From positions 1-27,950 of the IMG/VR virus record IMGVR_UViG_3300032462_002418: a stretch of 27,950 bases of DNA. One strand, 5' to 3'. This document shows, piece by piece, positions 9,339 to 18,624 of this stretch. Both the position numbers and the translations under genes were made by a program. Within the stretch, counting starts at the first letter, position 1; each line of letters begins with the position of its first letter. The notes under the pieces were generated by a model, which worked only from the letters and a program-made list of their open reading frames with translations, had not been told where the DNA came from and made no database searches. The DNA is from a virus (taxonomy: Duplodnaviria; Caudoviricetes).

Positions 9339-10467
9339 CTAATATCACGTCCACCATTTCCGTTTTTCGTATTGTGTGCGCCCGTGTGCCGGGGCCTATC
9401 GGCGACGCCGATGTTACATTTATTTCGTTCAGCAATAAATTCCGAATCAGCCAACTAATAGGATATGAGTATTCGTCAAGAACATGCTTTTTCCTGAACT
9501 GAGCAACAAATGCCCTCGCTCGGCGCTGTTTTGTTTCTCCAACAATAAAATCATCAATGAACTTTCCGGCCCCACCGAAGCCGTCATGCGAATACATATT
9601 AATGAGTCCATCAACGTCAAAGTCGGGCCACAAGCGCCGTTGCGAGTCAATTCGGGGATACACGGTTACGAGTCGGTCATAAAACTCCGGCTCAGTCGCA
9701 ATGACATCCCCGATTCTGCGAATCGCAACAGAGTGCAGGGGTATGCCGACACGAGTGTTGCTTCCCGTCAGCGCGGCGAGGTCGTAATACTCGCAATACT
9801 CGGCCCCGTGTTCTTCGGTGATAAATTTGAGAACATCGTCCATTTGCCAGTCGTAAATTATTTTAGCAAACCTTAGGGGAATTCCCTTTTTCATTCTGAA
9901 TGGAATGACTATGTAGTTTTCATGCAATTTTTGCACACACGACCTATACCGAATCATTGATTCGTTCGCCCTAACGCCAGTAATGAATGCAACCCGGCCC
10001 GCCTTCCCCTGCATCGTGTAGTAATCAACCGATTCAGGCAAAGGGGCATCGTGGGTCAAGCCAAAGTGGGTTGCATTGATTGCGAAATCTGGCATTGGGC
10101 GAATCCAGTCACCACTTAACCGTCGTCGCTCGCTCCACAAAATGGCGGACTCTCGTCTGCCGAGAATCCAAATTTCCGCACCGTACGGAAGGCAGTACCA
10201 CTCAAGGTCAACCCAGTCATAATCACGTACCTTCATTACGTAATCAATCACCACCGGGGACACCATTTCCTCGTCCCGGAAAATTACTTTCACCGGACCA
10301 AGTCCGCGTTCTTCGTGGATTTCTTTCGCTAGATAAAGTACGGCAGTAGAATCTTTACCGCCAGAAAACTGTATACATACGGTGTCAAAGGTATCGTAAA
10401 CATGACGAATGCGAGCGCGCGCAGCATCCACACAAGACATATCAAGAAACAGACGTTGACGAGTCAC
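9328..10467 (-). CDS. PAPS-reductase-like PP-loop protein (IbrA-like)
   Basis: PP-loop QFSGGKDS, GVRANESMIR and IYDWQMDDV motifs; GTG start overlaps the upstream TAG. Confidence 0.88.
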   Translation of the reverse strand: MTRQRLFLDMSCVDAARARIRHVYDTFDTVCIQFSGGKDSTAVLYLAKEIHEERGLGPVKVIFRDEEMVSPVVIDYVMKVRDYDWVDLEWYCLPYGAEIWILGRRESAILWSERRRLSGDWIRPMPDFAINATHFGLTHDAPLPESVDYYTMQGKAGRVAFITGVRANESMIRYRSCVQKLHENYIVIPFRMKKGIPLRFAKIIYDWQMDDVLKFITEEHGAEYCEYYDLAALTGSNTRVGIPLHSVAIRRIGDVIATEPEFYDRLVTVYPRIDSQRRLWPDFDVDGLINMYSHDGFGGAGKFIDDFIVGETKQRRARAFVAQFRKKHVLDEYSYPISWLIRNLLLNEINVTSASPIGPGTRAHTIRKTEMVDVILDES

Positions 10468-11222
10468 TAAATTTCGCAGTGCTCGGCGATGAAATTCATC
10501 AATCTTTCCGAAGTTGTGTTGCCGTCAATTGACGGGCTACTTCTAAGCCACCGAATAAACGCGTACCACTTAGCCTGTTGCTCAACAGCATCAAAGACAA
10601 TCGTGTATTGGACAATTGCATTGGCGGATTTAGAGCCAGTTGCGACCGTGCTCCCAGTGGCTGCCATCTCGGCATGCGAAAACTCATCCGTTGCTTCAAG
10701 GCTCCCGTTCATTTCCTTGACGAGTTCAGACACTGGGCGCTGGATGATTGGGGGGGTAAACGACGTACTTGTTGCAAGGTCGCTTTCTTCTATTGAGGAC
10801 ATCTCTTCAAGTGCAGCAATATCAAACTCGTCCCATCCGAGCCCTGCCATCAGTTCAGAAAACTCATCGGAGATTTCCAGTAACAAGCCCGAGAGCATGG
10901 CTTCATCGGTCTCACCCAACTGAGTGGTCCGGTTGTCCGCAATCGCAAAAGCAATAGCCCGAGACTCATCACCTTCAAAAAATATACATGCAATGTCTTC
11001 CCATCCAAGCCTTATCGCCGCTAATAATTGGTGGTTGCCAGCGATGACGGTTGCCGTACCGTCATCGTTGCGCCGAGCGACTATCGGTTTGATTTGTCCG
11101 AATTCATAATAAGACGCGACAATGGCATCAACATCACCCTTGTGGGGATTGTTCTCAAGCGGCTTGAGTGACGAAACCGGAACGGCAAGGCCAGATAATG
11201 ACTCGTGGATATTACCCTTCAT
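10467..11222 (-). CDS. ParB-like N-terminal domain protein
   Basis: LKPLENNPH, FGQIKPIV, VIAGNHQLLAA, AIADNRT motifs. Confidence 0.85.
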   Translation of the reverse strand: MKGNIHESLSGLAVPVSSLKPLENNPHKGDVDAIVASYYEFGQIKPIVARRNDDGTATVIAGNHQLLAAIRLGWEDIACIFFEGDESRAIAFAIADNRTTQLGETDEAMLSGLLLEISDEFSELMAGLGWDEFDIAALEEMSSIEESDLATSTSFTPPIIQRPVSELVKEMNGSLEATDEFSHAEMAATGSTVATGSKSANAIVQYTIVFDAVEQQAKWYAFIRWLRSSPSIDGNTTSERLMNFIAEHCEI

Positions 11223-11554
11223 ACCTGCGCCCTCACATTTGCATTAAGGGTTCGCAGTGCGTCAATACTCGTACGCAGGGATAGCAATTTTTCCCTCTTT
11301 GCCTTAACAAGCGCCTCGGCGATTTTAGATTCAAAGTCTTGGTCGGCAAGTTTATAGTCGGCCCATGCCTCGCGCTCGCGGATTGAACCCTTTGCGGAAA
11401 GATATTCTGTCGCCCATGCGCCCTTAAGCCTGGAATCCTTTTTGGCACCGTCGACGGCGAGGGTTTCAAATGCCTCAGTGTGACTCTCTAGTTCTTTAAG
11501 AAACCGCAATATCTCTTGCTCAATTTCCACCTGACTAATAGGCGCGCTCCGCAT
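11219..11554 (-). CDS. Hypothetical coiled-coil protein
   Basis: 111 aa helical ORF, tightly packed and co-oriented with its neighbours. Confidence 0.7.
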   Translation of the reverse strand: MRSAPISQVEIEQEILRFLKELESHTEAFETLAVDGAKKDSRLKGAWATEYLSAKGSIREREAWADYKLADQDFESKIAEALVKAKREKLLSLRTSIDALRTLNANVRAQV

Positions 11555-11556
11555 GT

Positions 11557-12084
11557 CTAGTTATCCTTTCGTGAAACATCTAGTGAAGACCAATCTACTG
11601 CCTTTAAGCCTTCTTTATTGACCTTTGGCCATTCAATTTGGCTCAACCCCAAATAGCAACGCGCCATCTCTTCCAGAATCCACGCATCACATTTGTCGTC
11701 GGCACCAGGGTTTTGCCACACAATCCCAGTTCGGGCAGACACCGCCGAAACAACTTCGTTTTTGGATGCATTACCTTTGCCCGTAGCAAATTTTGCCCTA
11801 CAGGTTGGTGGCACCTCAATGTATGGAATCCCCAATTTATGTATGACCACCCTAACCGCCCCGCCCAGTTCGCCGATTGAAAACGCCTGACCGCTTCGGG
11901 AGGCAAACGAATAACCCTCGATTACCACGACATCAATAGAGAATTCACGAATAAGGTCAGAAATTGCTTCCGATAATACAACCAGACGCTCAACACCGCG
12001 CTTTGGGGTTCCGAGCACACCCGTCACCCCGTTGTGGCAATATCCCGTTGAGACAAGGGAAAGGTCCAATGCAAGCAGGTTCAT
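11557..12084 (-). CDS. RuvC-like Holliday junction resolvase
   Basis: LALDLSLVSTG, VVIEG, ATGKGNASK and ADDKCDA catalytic-type motifs. Confidence 0.88.
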   Translation of the reverse strand: MNLLALDLSLVSTGYCHNGVTGVLGTPKRGVERLVVLSEAISDLIREFSIDVVVIEGYSFASRSGQAFSIGELGGAVRVVIHKLGIPYIEVPPTCRAKFATGKGNASKNEVVSAVSARTGIVWQNPGADDKCDAWILEEMARCYLGLSQIEWPKVNKEGLKAVDWSSLDVSRKDN

Positions 12085-12106
12085 GACTACGAATACTAAT
12101 CCAACG

Positions 12107-12148
12107 GACGAAAAAACTGAGCAAGTTTCCTCACCCAGTTTTTTCGCC
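12107..12148 (-). terminator. Intrinsic terminator hairpin
   Basis: Minus strand reads CUGGGUGAG-GAAA-CUUGCUCAG-UUUUUU (G-U pairs, GNRA loop). An upstream A6 tract extends the stem to about 19 bp. Confidence 0.75.
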
Positions 12149-12256
12149 TATAACGGTCCTAAGGATTACAAGTGTACATAACGAGTTACCCTCAAAAGTG
12201 TAAGCCATTGACTTTTTTTATAATTTATTTAAATGTACACTTAGTATATCCGTGCC

Positions 12257-12565
12257 TCAGTCGGCTTCCCATCCGTGCTTCGCTAAGCCCAGGTCAAATG
12301 CCAATTGGGGATAATTCCCAATTCGCGCGTGACAGGGTCTGCAAACCGCGAGGACATTAGCTGGGTCAAGTATTGAACCGCCCTGTGAGCGCCTTTTGAG
12401 TTCATGCACATCGGTAGAATATCTGCACACGTATGTAACTTTTTCATCATGTTTGGCAAATATCGGGCACGCCTGACAAGTCGGATATAAAGAAAGAATC
12501 TCGGCAACGAATGGACGGCGCAGTTTGTATTCTTCTTCTTTTTTTGCACTCCGTCTACGAATCAT
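12257..12565 (-). CDS. HNH endonuclease-like zinc-finger protein (102 aa)
   Basis: CQAC...DVHELKRRSQGGS...NVLAVCRPCH. The ATG at 12565 overlaps the upstream gene end, so it is preferred over 12727. Confidence 0.8.
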   Translation of the reverse strand: MIRRRSAKKEEEYKLRRPFVAEILSLYPTCQACPIFAKHDEKVTYVCRYSTDVHELKRRSQGGSILDPANVLAVCRPCHARIGNYPQLAFDLGLAKHGWEAD

Positions 12566-13064
12566 TAAAAACCATTGCCACCGTATCAAACTCCCATTTT
12601 TTATCAAGCGCGGCCCAGAGGGCCTTGTCAATAGGGGTTTCTTCAAGGTCGTACTCTCGTAACAGAACTCTATGTTCGTTGATGGCGCGCCGATAGAAAG
12701 CGACATCATCCCATCCGGCTGATTCAAGGACTACATCGGTTTCAATCATCTTGGTTACATCGTCAAGACGTCTTTCAACATGGAATTTAAACCTGTTGAT
12801 TTTTGAGGCTCTACTTTTGTAGGCATGCGATGACTCGTGCATTAATTTTTCTCCGTCAGACCCGAATGCCGCGTAGCGCTCTTTGTCCGTTTTTTCATCA
12901 GCATTAATTTGTTGTATCTGCGACTCAAGGTTTGACGCTAGAGACACCAGGGCATCTCGCCAGCCCCCCCAATTCTCTTTTTGTAATAGCACGGCGCGCT
13001 GCATGGGGGATAGTTTATTTTTGACTTCTTCCGCTACCAATTTTACAAAAGTTTCGTTTGTCAT
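12555..13064 (-). CDS. Hypothetical helical protein
   Basis: 169 aa with a 4-nt overlap to the upstream nuclease gene. Confidence 0.75.
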   Translation of the reverse strand: MTNETFVKLVAEEVKNKLSPMQRAVLLQKENWGGWRDALVSLASNLESQIQQINADEKTDKERYAAFGSDGEKLMHESSHAYKSRASKINRFKFHVERRLDDVTKMIETDVVLESAGWDDVAFYRRAINEHRVLLREYDLEETPIDKALWAALDKKWEFDTVAMVFNDS

Positions 13065-13882
13065 ACAAGTGCTTTCCGTGGTTTGTTGTGTGCCGGGCAG
13101 ATTGGCTTAAACGAGCACCAATTACATAGTTTTGATACCGTTGTTGGGAACTCTCGTGTTTCGCATGCGCTTAAGATGTCGGCGTGAACCGCAACGATGT
13201 CCGATGCGACTTCATCAATTTCCCGTTCCGTTGGTTTTTTGGTGAATTTTATGGCTTCTTTAAGGAATAGTAACTCCAACTCTTCAATAGGTAAATTGGT
13301 TTTTGCCTTTAGCAATATGGCATAAATTGTTAATTGATACCATTTTTCGTCAAGCCATTCTTTTTTCTTTGGGGCCTTGCCGGTTTTGTAATCGCTAATC
13401 CTCAATGCACCCGCATCTGTTAATGAGTACCTGTCAACAAATCCCTTAACGGGAACACTCCCGCCAATTGGGCCGTTGACTTCAATCTCAATACCCGCCG
13501 GAACAATCAACTCGGGATTCTCTATAATCCATAGGTTTTCTAGACACCACCACGAATTCCATCGGAACTGTCGCACCTGTCCACCAGTAGAGAGGACCTG
13601 TTTGACCTGTTCGCCCCATTCGGATTTTGTCCACACATAGGAACACATTGCTTTAGCGTTTGCTAAATTACGCTCACCCGCAGGGCGTGCATAAAAGTGC
13701 TCCAAGACCTCGTGCACAAACGAACCCATCAACAGCGCTTCACTAGTCCCCTCGGGGATTTTGTCCAGCCTGCTGTACTTGTATTTAAGTTTGCATTGCT
13801 TCCATGTTGAAATAGAAGATGCCGATAAATACGGCGGTGGGTTTATTGGGTCAGGTAATTTACTTTGTGATGAGAGTTCCAT
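13061..13882 (-). CDS. PD-(D/E)XK exonuclease, RecB/AddB/Cas4-like
   Basis: LSASSI..WKQC, GSFVHEVLE, GFVDR, ISDYKTGK, QLTIYA, and C-terminal CNWCSFKPIC. The 1+3 Cys pattern matches Fe-S nucleases. Confidence 0.9.
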   Translation of the reverse strand: MELSSQSKLPDPINPPPYLSASSISTWKQCKLKYKYSRLDKIPEGTSEALLMGSFVHEVLEHFYARPAGERNLANAKAMCSYVWTKSEWGEQVKQVLSTGGQVRQFRWNSWWCLENLWIIENPELIVPAGIEIEVNGPIGGSVPVKGFVDRYSLTDAGALRISDYKTGKAPKKKEWLDEKWYQLTIYAILLKAKTNLPIEELELLFLKEAIKFTKKPTEREIDEVASDIVAVHADILSACETREFPTTVSKLCNWCSFKPICPAHNKPRKALV

Positions 13883-14531
13883 GGAAGGACAACCTTACTG
13901 CCTCGTCATGGAGTGCCTTGAGCATCTCCACGGGGGCGTCGGTTGCCTTACGAGGCTTTGGCAGGTCTCCTGCAATCTCAAGCCACTTGCTGTTCATCTC
14001 ATCTTTCTGTTCCTTGTTGAAAGTTTTGCTTAGTGCCACAATCGTATTGAATGCTTCAATCGCTTCGTCCGATACAGCCGGTGCGTCCATCGCTAGCTCA
14101 ATCTCTATCGCATCATCAGAGCGAGCCAAGTACAAAGCAACGCCAAGTGTTTGTGCTGCCTTTTTCAAAGCATCCGACACCGCGCCCTTGTAGTCATTGC
14201 CCAAATCAACGATGGCACCAGCTTTGGTGCGGTTAATTTTTTGCCCACCAATTCCGTCGCGCACCACGCGCCGAGCATATGCACCCTCACTCTCGGGGAC
14301 GGTATTCCATACAAGGCGAACACGAGCGATTACGAAATCAGTATCAATTGCATCGCGTTCGCACATCTCTACCGTGAAAGACCACTGGTCGACGCCGAGG
14401 GTTTTATTCAATCGGTTGATTACCTCGCTCACTGGGATGTAGGTGAGGTTCGTGCCCCCCTTGCTTAAGTTCCGTTCCATTTCTGGTGGGAATGCCTCAG
14501 TTAATTGCTGATATATATCAGTTGTTGTCAT
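13860..14531 (-). CDS. Rad52/Rad22-family (Sak-like) single-strand annealing protein
   Basis: LTYIPVSEVINRLNKTLGVDQWSF and KGAVSDALKKAAQTLGVALYL motifs. Confidence 0.88.
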   Translation of the reverse strand: MTTTDIYQQLTEAFPPEMERNLSKGGTNLTYIPVSEVINRLNKTLGVDQWSFTVEMCERDAIDTDFVIARVRLVWNTVPESEGAYARRVVRDGIGGQKINRTKAGAIVDLGNDYKGAVSDALKKAAQTLGVALYLARSDDAIEIELAMDAPAVSDEAIEAFNTIVALSKTFNKEQKDEMNSKWLEIAGDLPKPRKATDAPVEMLKALHDEAVRLSFHGTLITK

Positions 14532-15030
14532 GCCCTTGTCCTCCCTTTCGGATAATGATACTTACTTTTGTTTCTCCCGCAATACAGTAGTTATCTGCAT
14601 TCAGACCTAATTTTTGGAGCGCCGTCACTTTCCAGTACGCGGGCTGCACGTAATCAAGCAGTTGTGCAATTAGGTCACCGGGGCTGACCTGAACCTCACC
14701 CGTGTCCATATCAATGGACATCTGATACAACTTCCCCGCCACCACTCGCGCTAAATCTTTGTGTTGCCACCCGGTTCGTTTGGTGCTATAACTTTTTTCC
14801 ACTTCGCTACCGCTGACGAATATTGATGCGTTGTCCTGCATGACCTGGCTCACACCGTGCGAGAAACCATCATACACAACCCTCATGTCGGCTTTTGCTT
14901 GATGCAACTGAACCAATAGTTCGCAGGCTTCTTCAGCCGGTGGCTTTGTCGCTGTATAAAGACCAATCTCGCGGTCTAGTTCCATGAGTAAATCGCTTAT
15001 CTGTTTAATGCGCTCTTTTAACATGTTCAC
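14518..15030 (-). CDS. Hypothetical protein
   Basis: 170 aa, GTG start with GAAGG, overlapping the downstream gene. Confidence 0.7.
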   Translation of the reverse strand: MNMLKERIKQISDLLMELDREIGLYTATKPPAEEACELLVQLHQAKADMRVVYDGFSHGVSQVMQDNASIFVSGSEVEKSYSTKRTGWQHKDLARVVAGKLYQMSIDMDTGEVQVSPGDLIAQLLDYVQPAYWKVTALQKLGLNADNYCIAGETKVSIIIRKGGQGHDNN

Positions 15031-15045
15031 CCTTCTAATAAGTTA

Positions 15046-16350
15046 CTAACAGATGATACTCACTCTTTTCCTCTGCGGCAACCCCAAACCGGTTAAATGT
15101 GTAAACGCACCAGTCGCAGAGTCAACTTGGTCGTCGTGGTCAACGGCTTCAGGAAATGAGCATAATTCGTCCAACCACGCCGTCAACCATGCCCCCCTAA
15201 GCAACCTGACGTTGCCGTTGGCGACCGCAGCCGCAAATGGACGGGCGCGGGTTAATTTGTCGCCCGTTGCCCGCATCCCCCCAAAATCAAACCCAGGAAG
15301 AATATATCTGGCATATTGGTCAATAATAGCCTTACCAGACGAACCCGGTTCTTGCTCCATGCGGACCGGAACCCCATGACCGTCCTCATAGGCGGTTTGA
15401 CTCACCAATTGTTCGACCTTCTCCCCGCTAACCCGAGCGCGCTTGACATCCAAAATGTACGATATGCCCTGGTCAAACAACATCAACGTACCAACGGTCC
15501 AGTCGGGATTCGGATTACTGGAACTTGGCTCGGTGGCGGCAAGGTCCCAAAATCTAACCGTTCTAGCAGACGATGTAATTTGCGGAATTTCATGTTGGTC
15601 CATAATGACCATTGATGTTCTGTCAAATAGGCTGCCGAGGGTTGTCGCCCACCAGTCCCCCTCTTCAAGCCGTTTTCTCTCAACGGGGTCCAGGGCTTGA
15701 AGGGCCTGTCGGTACGAGACAGCATCAATTCCGGGGTTATCCGTCAATTTGGACGGAACAAATATGCGATTCTCGGAGATTCCCTCAACGATGAACCGCT
15801 GTCTAACCCAATTGGGCGCTGGGTTTGAGGCACACCTCATCCTGAGCGGGACCTGTGAAAGCGGACCGCCAGATGGACGGCGCAAACGAGAAAACAGGTA
15901 CCTATAGTCCGATTCTCGGATTTCCGTAACCTCGTCCATTCCGATGAATTGAAATTCGCTGCCCTTATAACGCAGATAGTCATCTTTATTATTAAGGTAA
16001 CCGAATGTTACGCGAGCACCAGACGGGAATGTGGCGATGAAACTGTTGTTGTTCCAGTGGACATCATCGTACGCTGCGACCCATGTTCGGAAACGGTCCA
16101 TGAGAGCACCGGGGAGCGAGAGGTCGGCAAATGTGCGCCTGAACAAAATTGCAGAGTACCCAGGGACATCTACGTACTGAAGCGCCGCCATTAATAGGGC
16201 GCTGGATTTGCCGCCGCCTGCGGCACCTCCGAATAGGGCCTCAAGTGCGTAACACCTGAGAAACACCCGTTGGTTTAGCGACGCATCTTCAGGGCAATAC
16301 GGTGCTTCCTTGGGTTCGAGGTATTCAAGTACTTTTTCCCAGTCGGGCAT
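15046..16350 (-). CDS. terL: Terminase large subunit
   Basis: Walker A GGAAGGGKS, Walker B FIGMDE, coupling motif ASNP, nuclease motifs WDLA and HDDQVDS. Confidence 0.95.
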   Translation of the reverse strand: MPDWEKVLEYLEPKEAPYCPEDASLNQRVFLRCYALEALFGGAAGGGKSSALLMAALQYVDVPGYSAILFRRTFADLSLPGALMDRFRTWVAAYDDVHWNNNSFIATFPSGARVTFGYLNNKDDYLRYKGSEFQFIGMDEVTEIRESDYRYLFSRLRRPSGGPLSQVPLRMRCASNPAPNWVRQRFIVEGISENRIFVPSKLTDNPGIDAVSYRQALQALDPVERKRLEEGDWWATTLGSLFDRTSMVIMDQHEIPQITSSARTVRFWDLAATEPSSSNPNPDWTVGTLMLFDQGISYILDVKRARVSGEKVEQLVSQTAYEDGHGVPVRMEQEPGSSGKAIIDQYARYILPGFDFGGMRATGDKLTRARPFAAAVANGNVRLLRGAWLTAWLDELCSFPEAVDHDDQVDSATGAFTHLTGLGLPQRKRVSIIC

Positions 16351-16418
16351 TGTGTCTCCGTTTACAGTGTCCTCCTAGGTTAGACCATGATAATGGACTA
16401 CAGTAGTAAGGAACAATT

Positions 16419-16601
16419 ATGAACAAATTCATCGAGGGCACAAAAACGGCATTAAAAAATCGCAATACTGTAACAAATTTATTAATGGCATCATTTATAC
16501 TGTGTACGGCTATAGGCGCTGGTCTCATATTCCCCCCAGCGGGATTAATCGTGGCTGGCATTACATGTGGGATTCTCGGAATTCTGTTAGGTCTTGAATA
16601 A
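16419..16601 (+). CDS. Small membrane protein preceding the portal
   Basis: 60 aa with two hydrophobic segments and SD AAGGA. Small membrane ORFs are common just upstream of HK97-type portals. Confidence 0.75.
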   Translation: MNKFIEGTKTALKNRNTVTNLLMASFILCTAIGAGLIFPPAGLIVAGITCGILGILLGLE

Positions 16602-16603
16602 AT

Positions 16604-18583
16604 ATGGCATGGAACTCGTCTAGGAACAAGGGCCTCGGTCCATCGGCACTAAAGTCCCTGATTGGGCCTGGCGCGCCCATCGCACAAAACATGGGGTTGG
16701 CTGGCAAGGCGTACACGGACTCATGGGACATTGAACGTGCATACAGAGAAGGGATGCAACGAGTTACATGGGTTGCAAGATGCATTGATGCCATTGCTGG
16801 CAACCAGGCCCGCCTGCCCATCATGCTACGAAAAGATAACTCTCCCGATGGCGAAATAATCTCACGCAAAAACGCCAAGAAATCATCGCTTCTTGAGGTT
16901 CTAAATACCAAATCAAACATTGGCGAAAACTCATTCATCTTTCGTTATCGGCTTTCATCCCAATTACTGCTTGGTACGCGCGGCGCATTCATTGAAAAGG
17001 TACGGGGTCGCAACGGCGAGATTATAGGGCTGAACCTTCTCCCCCCGCAGCACACCGCGCCAATCCCTGATGCCAAGAAATTTGTCTCCGGATATGAAGT
17101 AACAATGCCAAACGGCGGGGTAATCGTCATGAGGCCGGAGGATGTCGTGTGGGTACGCAGACCTCACCCGCTTGACCCGTATCTCTCACTTACCCCAATG
17201 GAGTCGGCTGGTATTGCCATTGAAATTGAGACCTTTGCAAAACTCTACAACCGTAATTTTTTAATGAACGATGGCCGCCCAGGCGGGATACTCGTGGTCA
17301 AGGGCGAAATCAGCGATGACGACAAGAATGAGTTAAAGAATCGATTTAGAGGTAATTTGGCACACACGGGCACGACAACGGTTCTCTCTGCGGACGATGG
17401 CGCCGATTACGTTGACACCAGTGCATCACCACGAGATGCCGCTTATATTCAAATGCGGCAAATTACCAAAGAGGAAATTCTCGCATCGTTCGGCGTGCCA
17501 GAAACGGTTATTGGAAATGCGGCCGGTAGAACATTTAGCAATGCGGCCGAGGAAATCCGAGTGTTCTGGATGGAAACAATGTTGCCCCATCTTGAGCCAC
17601 TCGCTCGCGCCCTGGACGAACTTGACCCCGACAATTATGTGGACTTTGATTTAAGCGAGGTCCCCGTATTGCAACTCTACAAACAGGAACGTGAAAGATA
17701 CTCAAAAGATGAATTGTCTCAGGGTCTCATAAGTGTCAACGAATATCGGCTTGCCAGCGGAAGAAAAGAAGTAGATGCCGACCTTGCGGATTCATTGTTA
17801 ATGAACCCGAATCTAACCCCAATTGCAAACACAAAGAAAAAGATGGAAGAACCGCCAGTGATGATGGGCGGAGAGGGCGGTGCGCCTCCTCCTGGAATGC
17901 CACCAGAGGCTCCACCGGGAATGCCATCAGATGCCCTGCCACCAACAGAAGGGGCGCCTGACCCCAGCACCATGGCGGGTGCACTTGCTGCCGCAGCATC
18001 CGGGGTTGCGGGTGGTGCCCCCGAGACGGCAATTGAGCCAACGCCGCCAGGGTTGGCGGTCGCATCCGGCCCGATGTCGTTCAAGAGTGAAGAAATGGAA
18101 AATGCCCTTGAACGGTGGACTCAAATCCTAGACAGGTCACTTGAACGGGTTCTGGAAAGACAGCAACGAGTGGTTACGGAAAAATCGGCAGGCGCTAAAT
18201 CCAGAAAAGCGCTATTTGCTGGGACCCTTGACATAGAGTCAATTTTCGGCATAGATGTTTGGGGAAAACAAATGGACGAGGACATCAAACCCGTTCTATC
18301 CGCAATCATCAGGGATTCAATGGAGATGCAACAAATGCCCGTTGATGCAACGGAGGTTTTTGCGAAAGCCAACACCCATATGCTCAATATCAAAGAAATA
18401 AATACGGACACACAGTCACAAATCCGAAGCGCTATTACTAGGGCGACATCGGTTTCCGGGGAAGAGGCCCGTCATGAGTACTTTAGGAACGAGATAGTTG
18501 AAATATTCACAAATGTATTAGGCAAGGTTAGATTCCAGGTTGTTGCCAACGAGGCACGACAGGCATGGGAGCAAACCATTTAG
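16604..18583 (+). CDS. HK97-family portal protein with long C-terminal extension
   Basis: WVARCIDAIA, LLLGTRGAFI, NFLMNDGRPGGIL, EEILASFGVP, FSNA and ISVNEYR motifs, then a Pro/Gly-rich linker and a helical C-terminal domain of about 165 aa. Confidence 0.93.
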   Translation: MAWNSSRNKGLGPSALKSLIGPGAPIAQNMGLAGKAYTDSWDIERAYREGMQRVTWVARCIDAIAGNQARLPIMLRKDNSPDGEIISRKNAKKSSLLEVLNTKSNIGENSFIFRYRLSSQLLLGTRGAFIEKVRGRNGEIIGLNLLPPQHTAPIPDAKKFVSGYEVTMPNGGVIVMRPEDVVWVRRPHPLDPYLSLTPMESAGIAIEIETFAKLYNRNFLMNDGRPGGILVVKGEISDDDKNELKNRFRGNLAHTGTTTVLSADDGADYVDTSASPRDAAYIQMRQITKEEILASFGVPETVIGNAAGRTFSNAAEEIRVFWMETMLPHLEPLARALDELDPDNYVDFDLSEVPVLQLYKQERERYSKDELSQGLISVNEYRLASGRKEVDADLADSLLMNPNLTPIANTKKKMEEPPVMMGGEGGAPPPGMPPEAPPGMPSDALPPTEGAPDPSTMAGALAAAASGVAGGAPETAIEPTPPGLAVASGPMSFKSEEMENALERWTQILDRSLERVLERQQRVVTEKSAGAKSRKALFAGTLDIESIFGIDVWGKQMDEDIKPVLSAIIRDSMEMQQMPVDATEVFAKANTHMLNIKEINTDTQSQIRSAITRATSVSGEEARHEYFRNEIVEIFTNVLGKVRFQVVANEARQAWEQTI

Positions 18584-18624
18584 TTTCATTATATCCATAT
18601 AGTGAAACACTTGAACAAATCGCA

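Noticed and set aside
12148-12164. rRNA gene or gene fragment
   Set aside because: The match is only 17 nt and the flanks do not resemble 23S rRNA; kept as a finding, not a feature.
12566-12727. N-terminal extension of the HNH ORF
   Set aside because: It overlaps the upstream gene by about 170 nt; the ATG at 12565 gives a typical short overlap.
13061-13882. Cas4-like nuclease as evidence of a CRISPR-Cas system
   Set aside because: It is paired with a Rad52-like annealing protein, a common phage recombination module; no cas1/cas2 or array.
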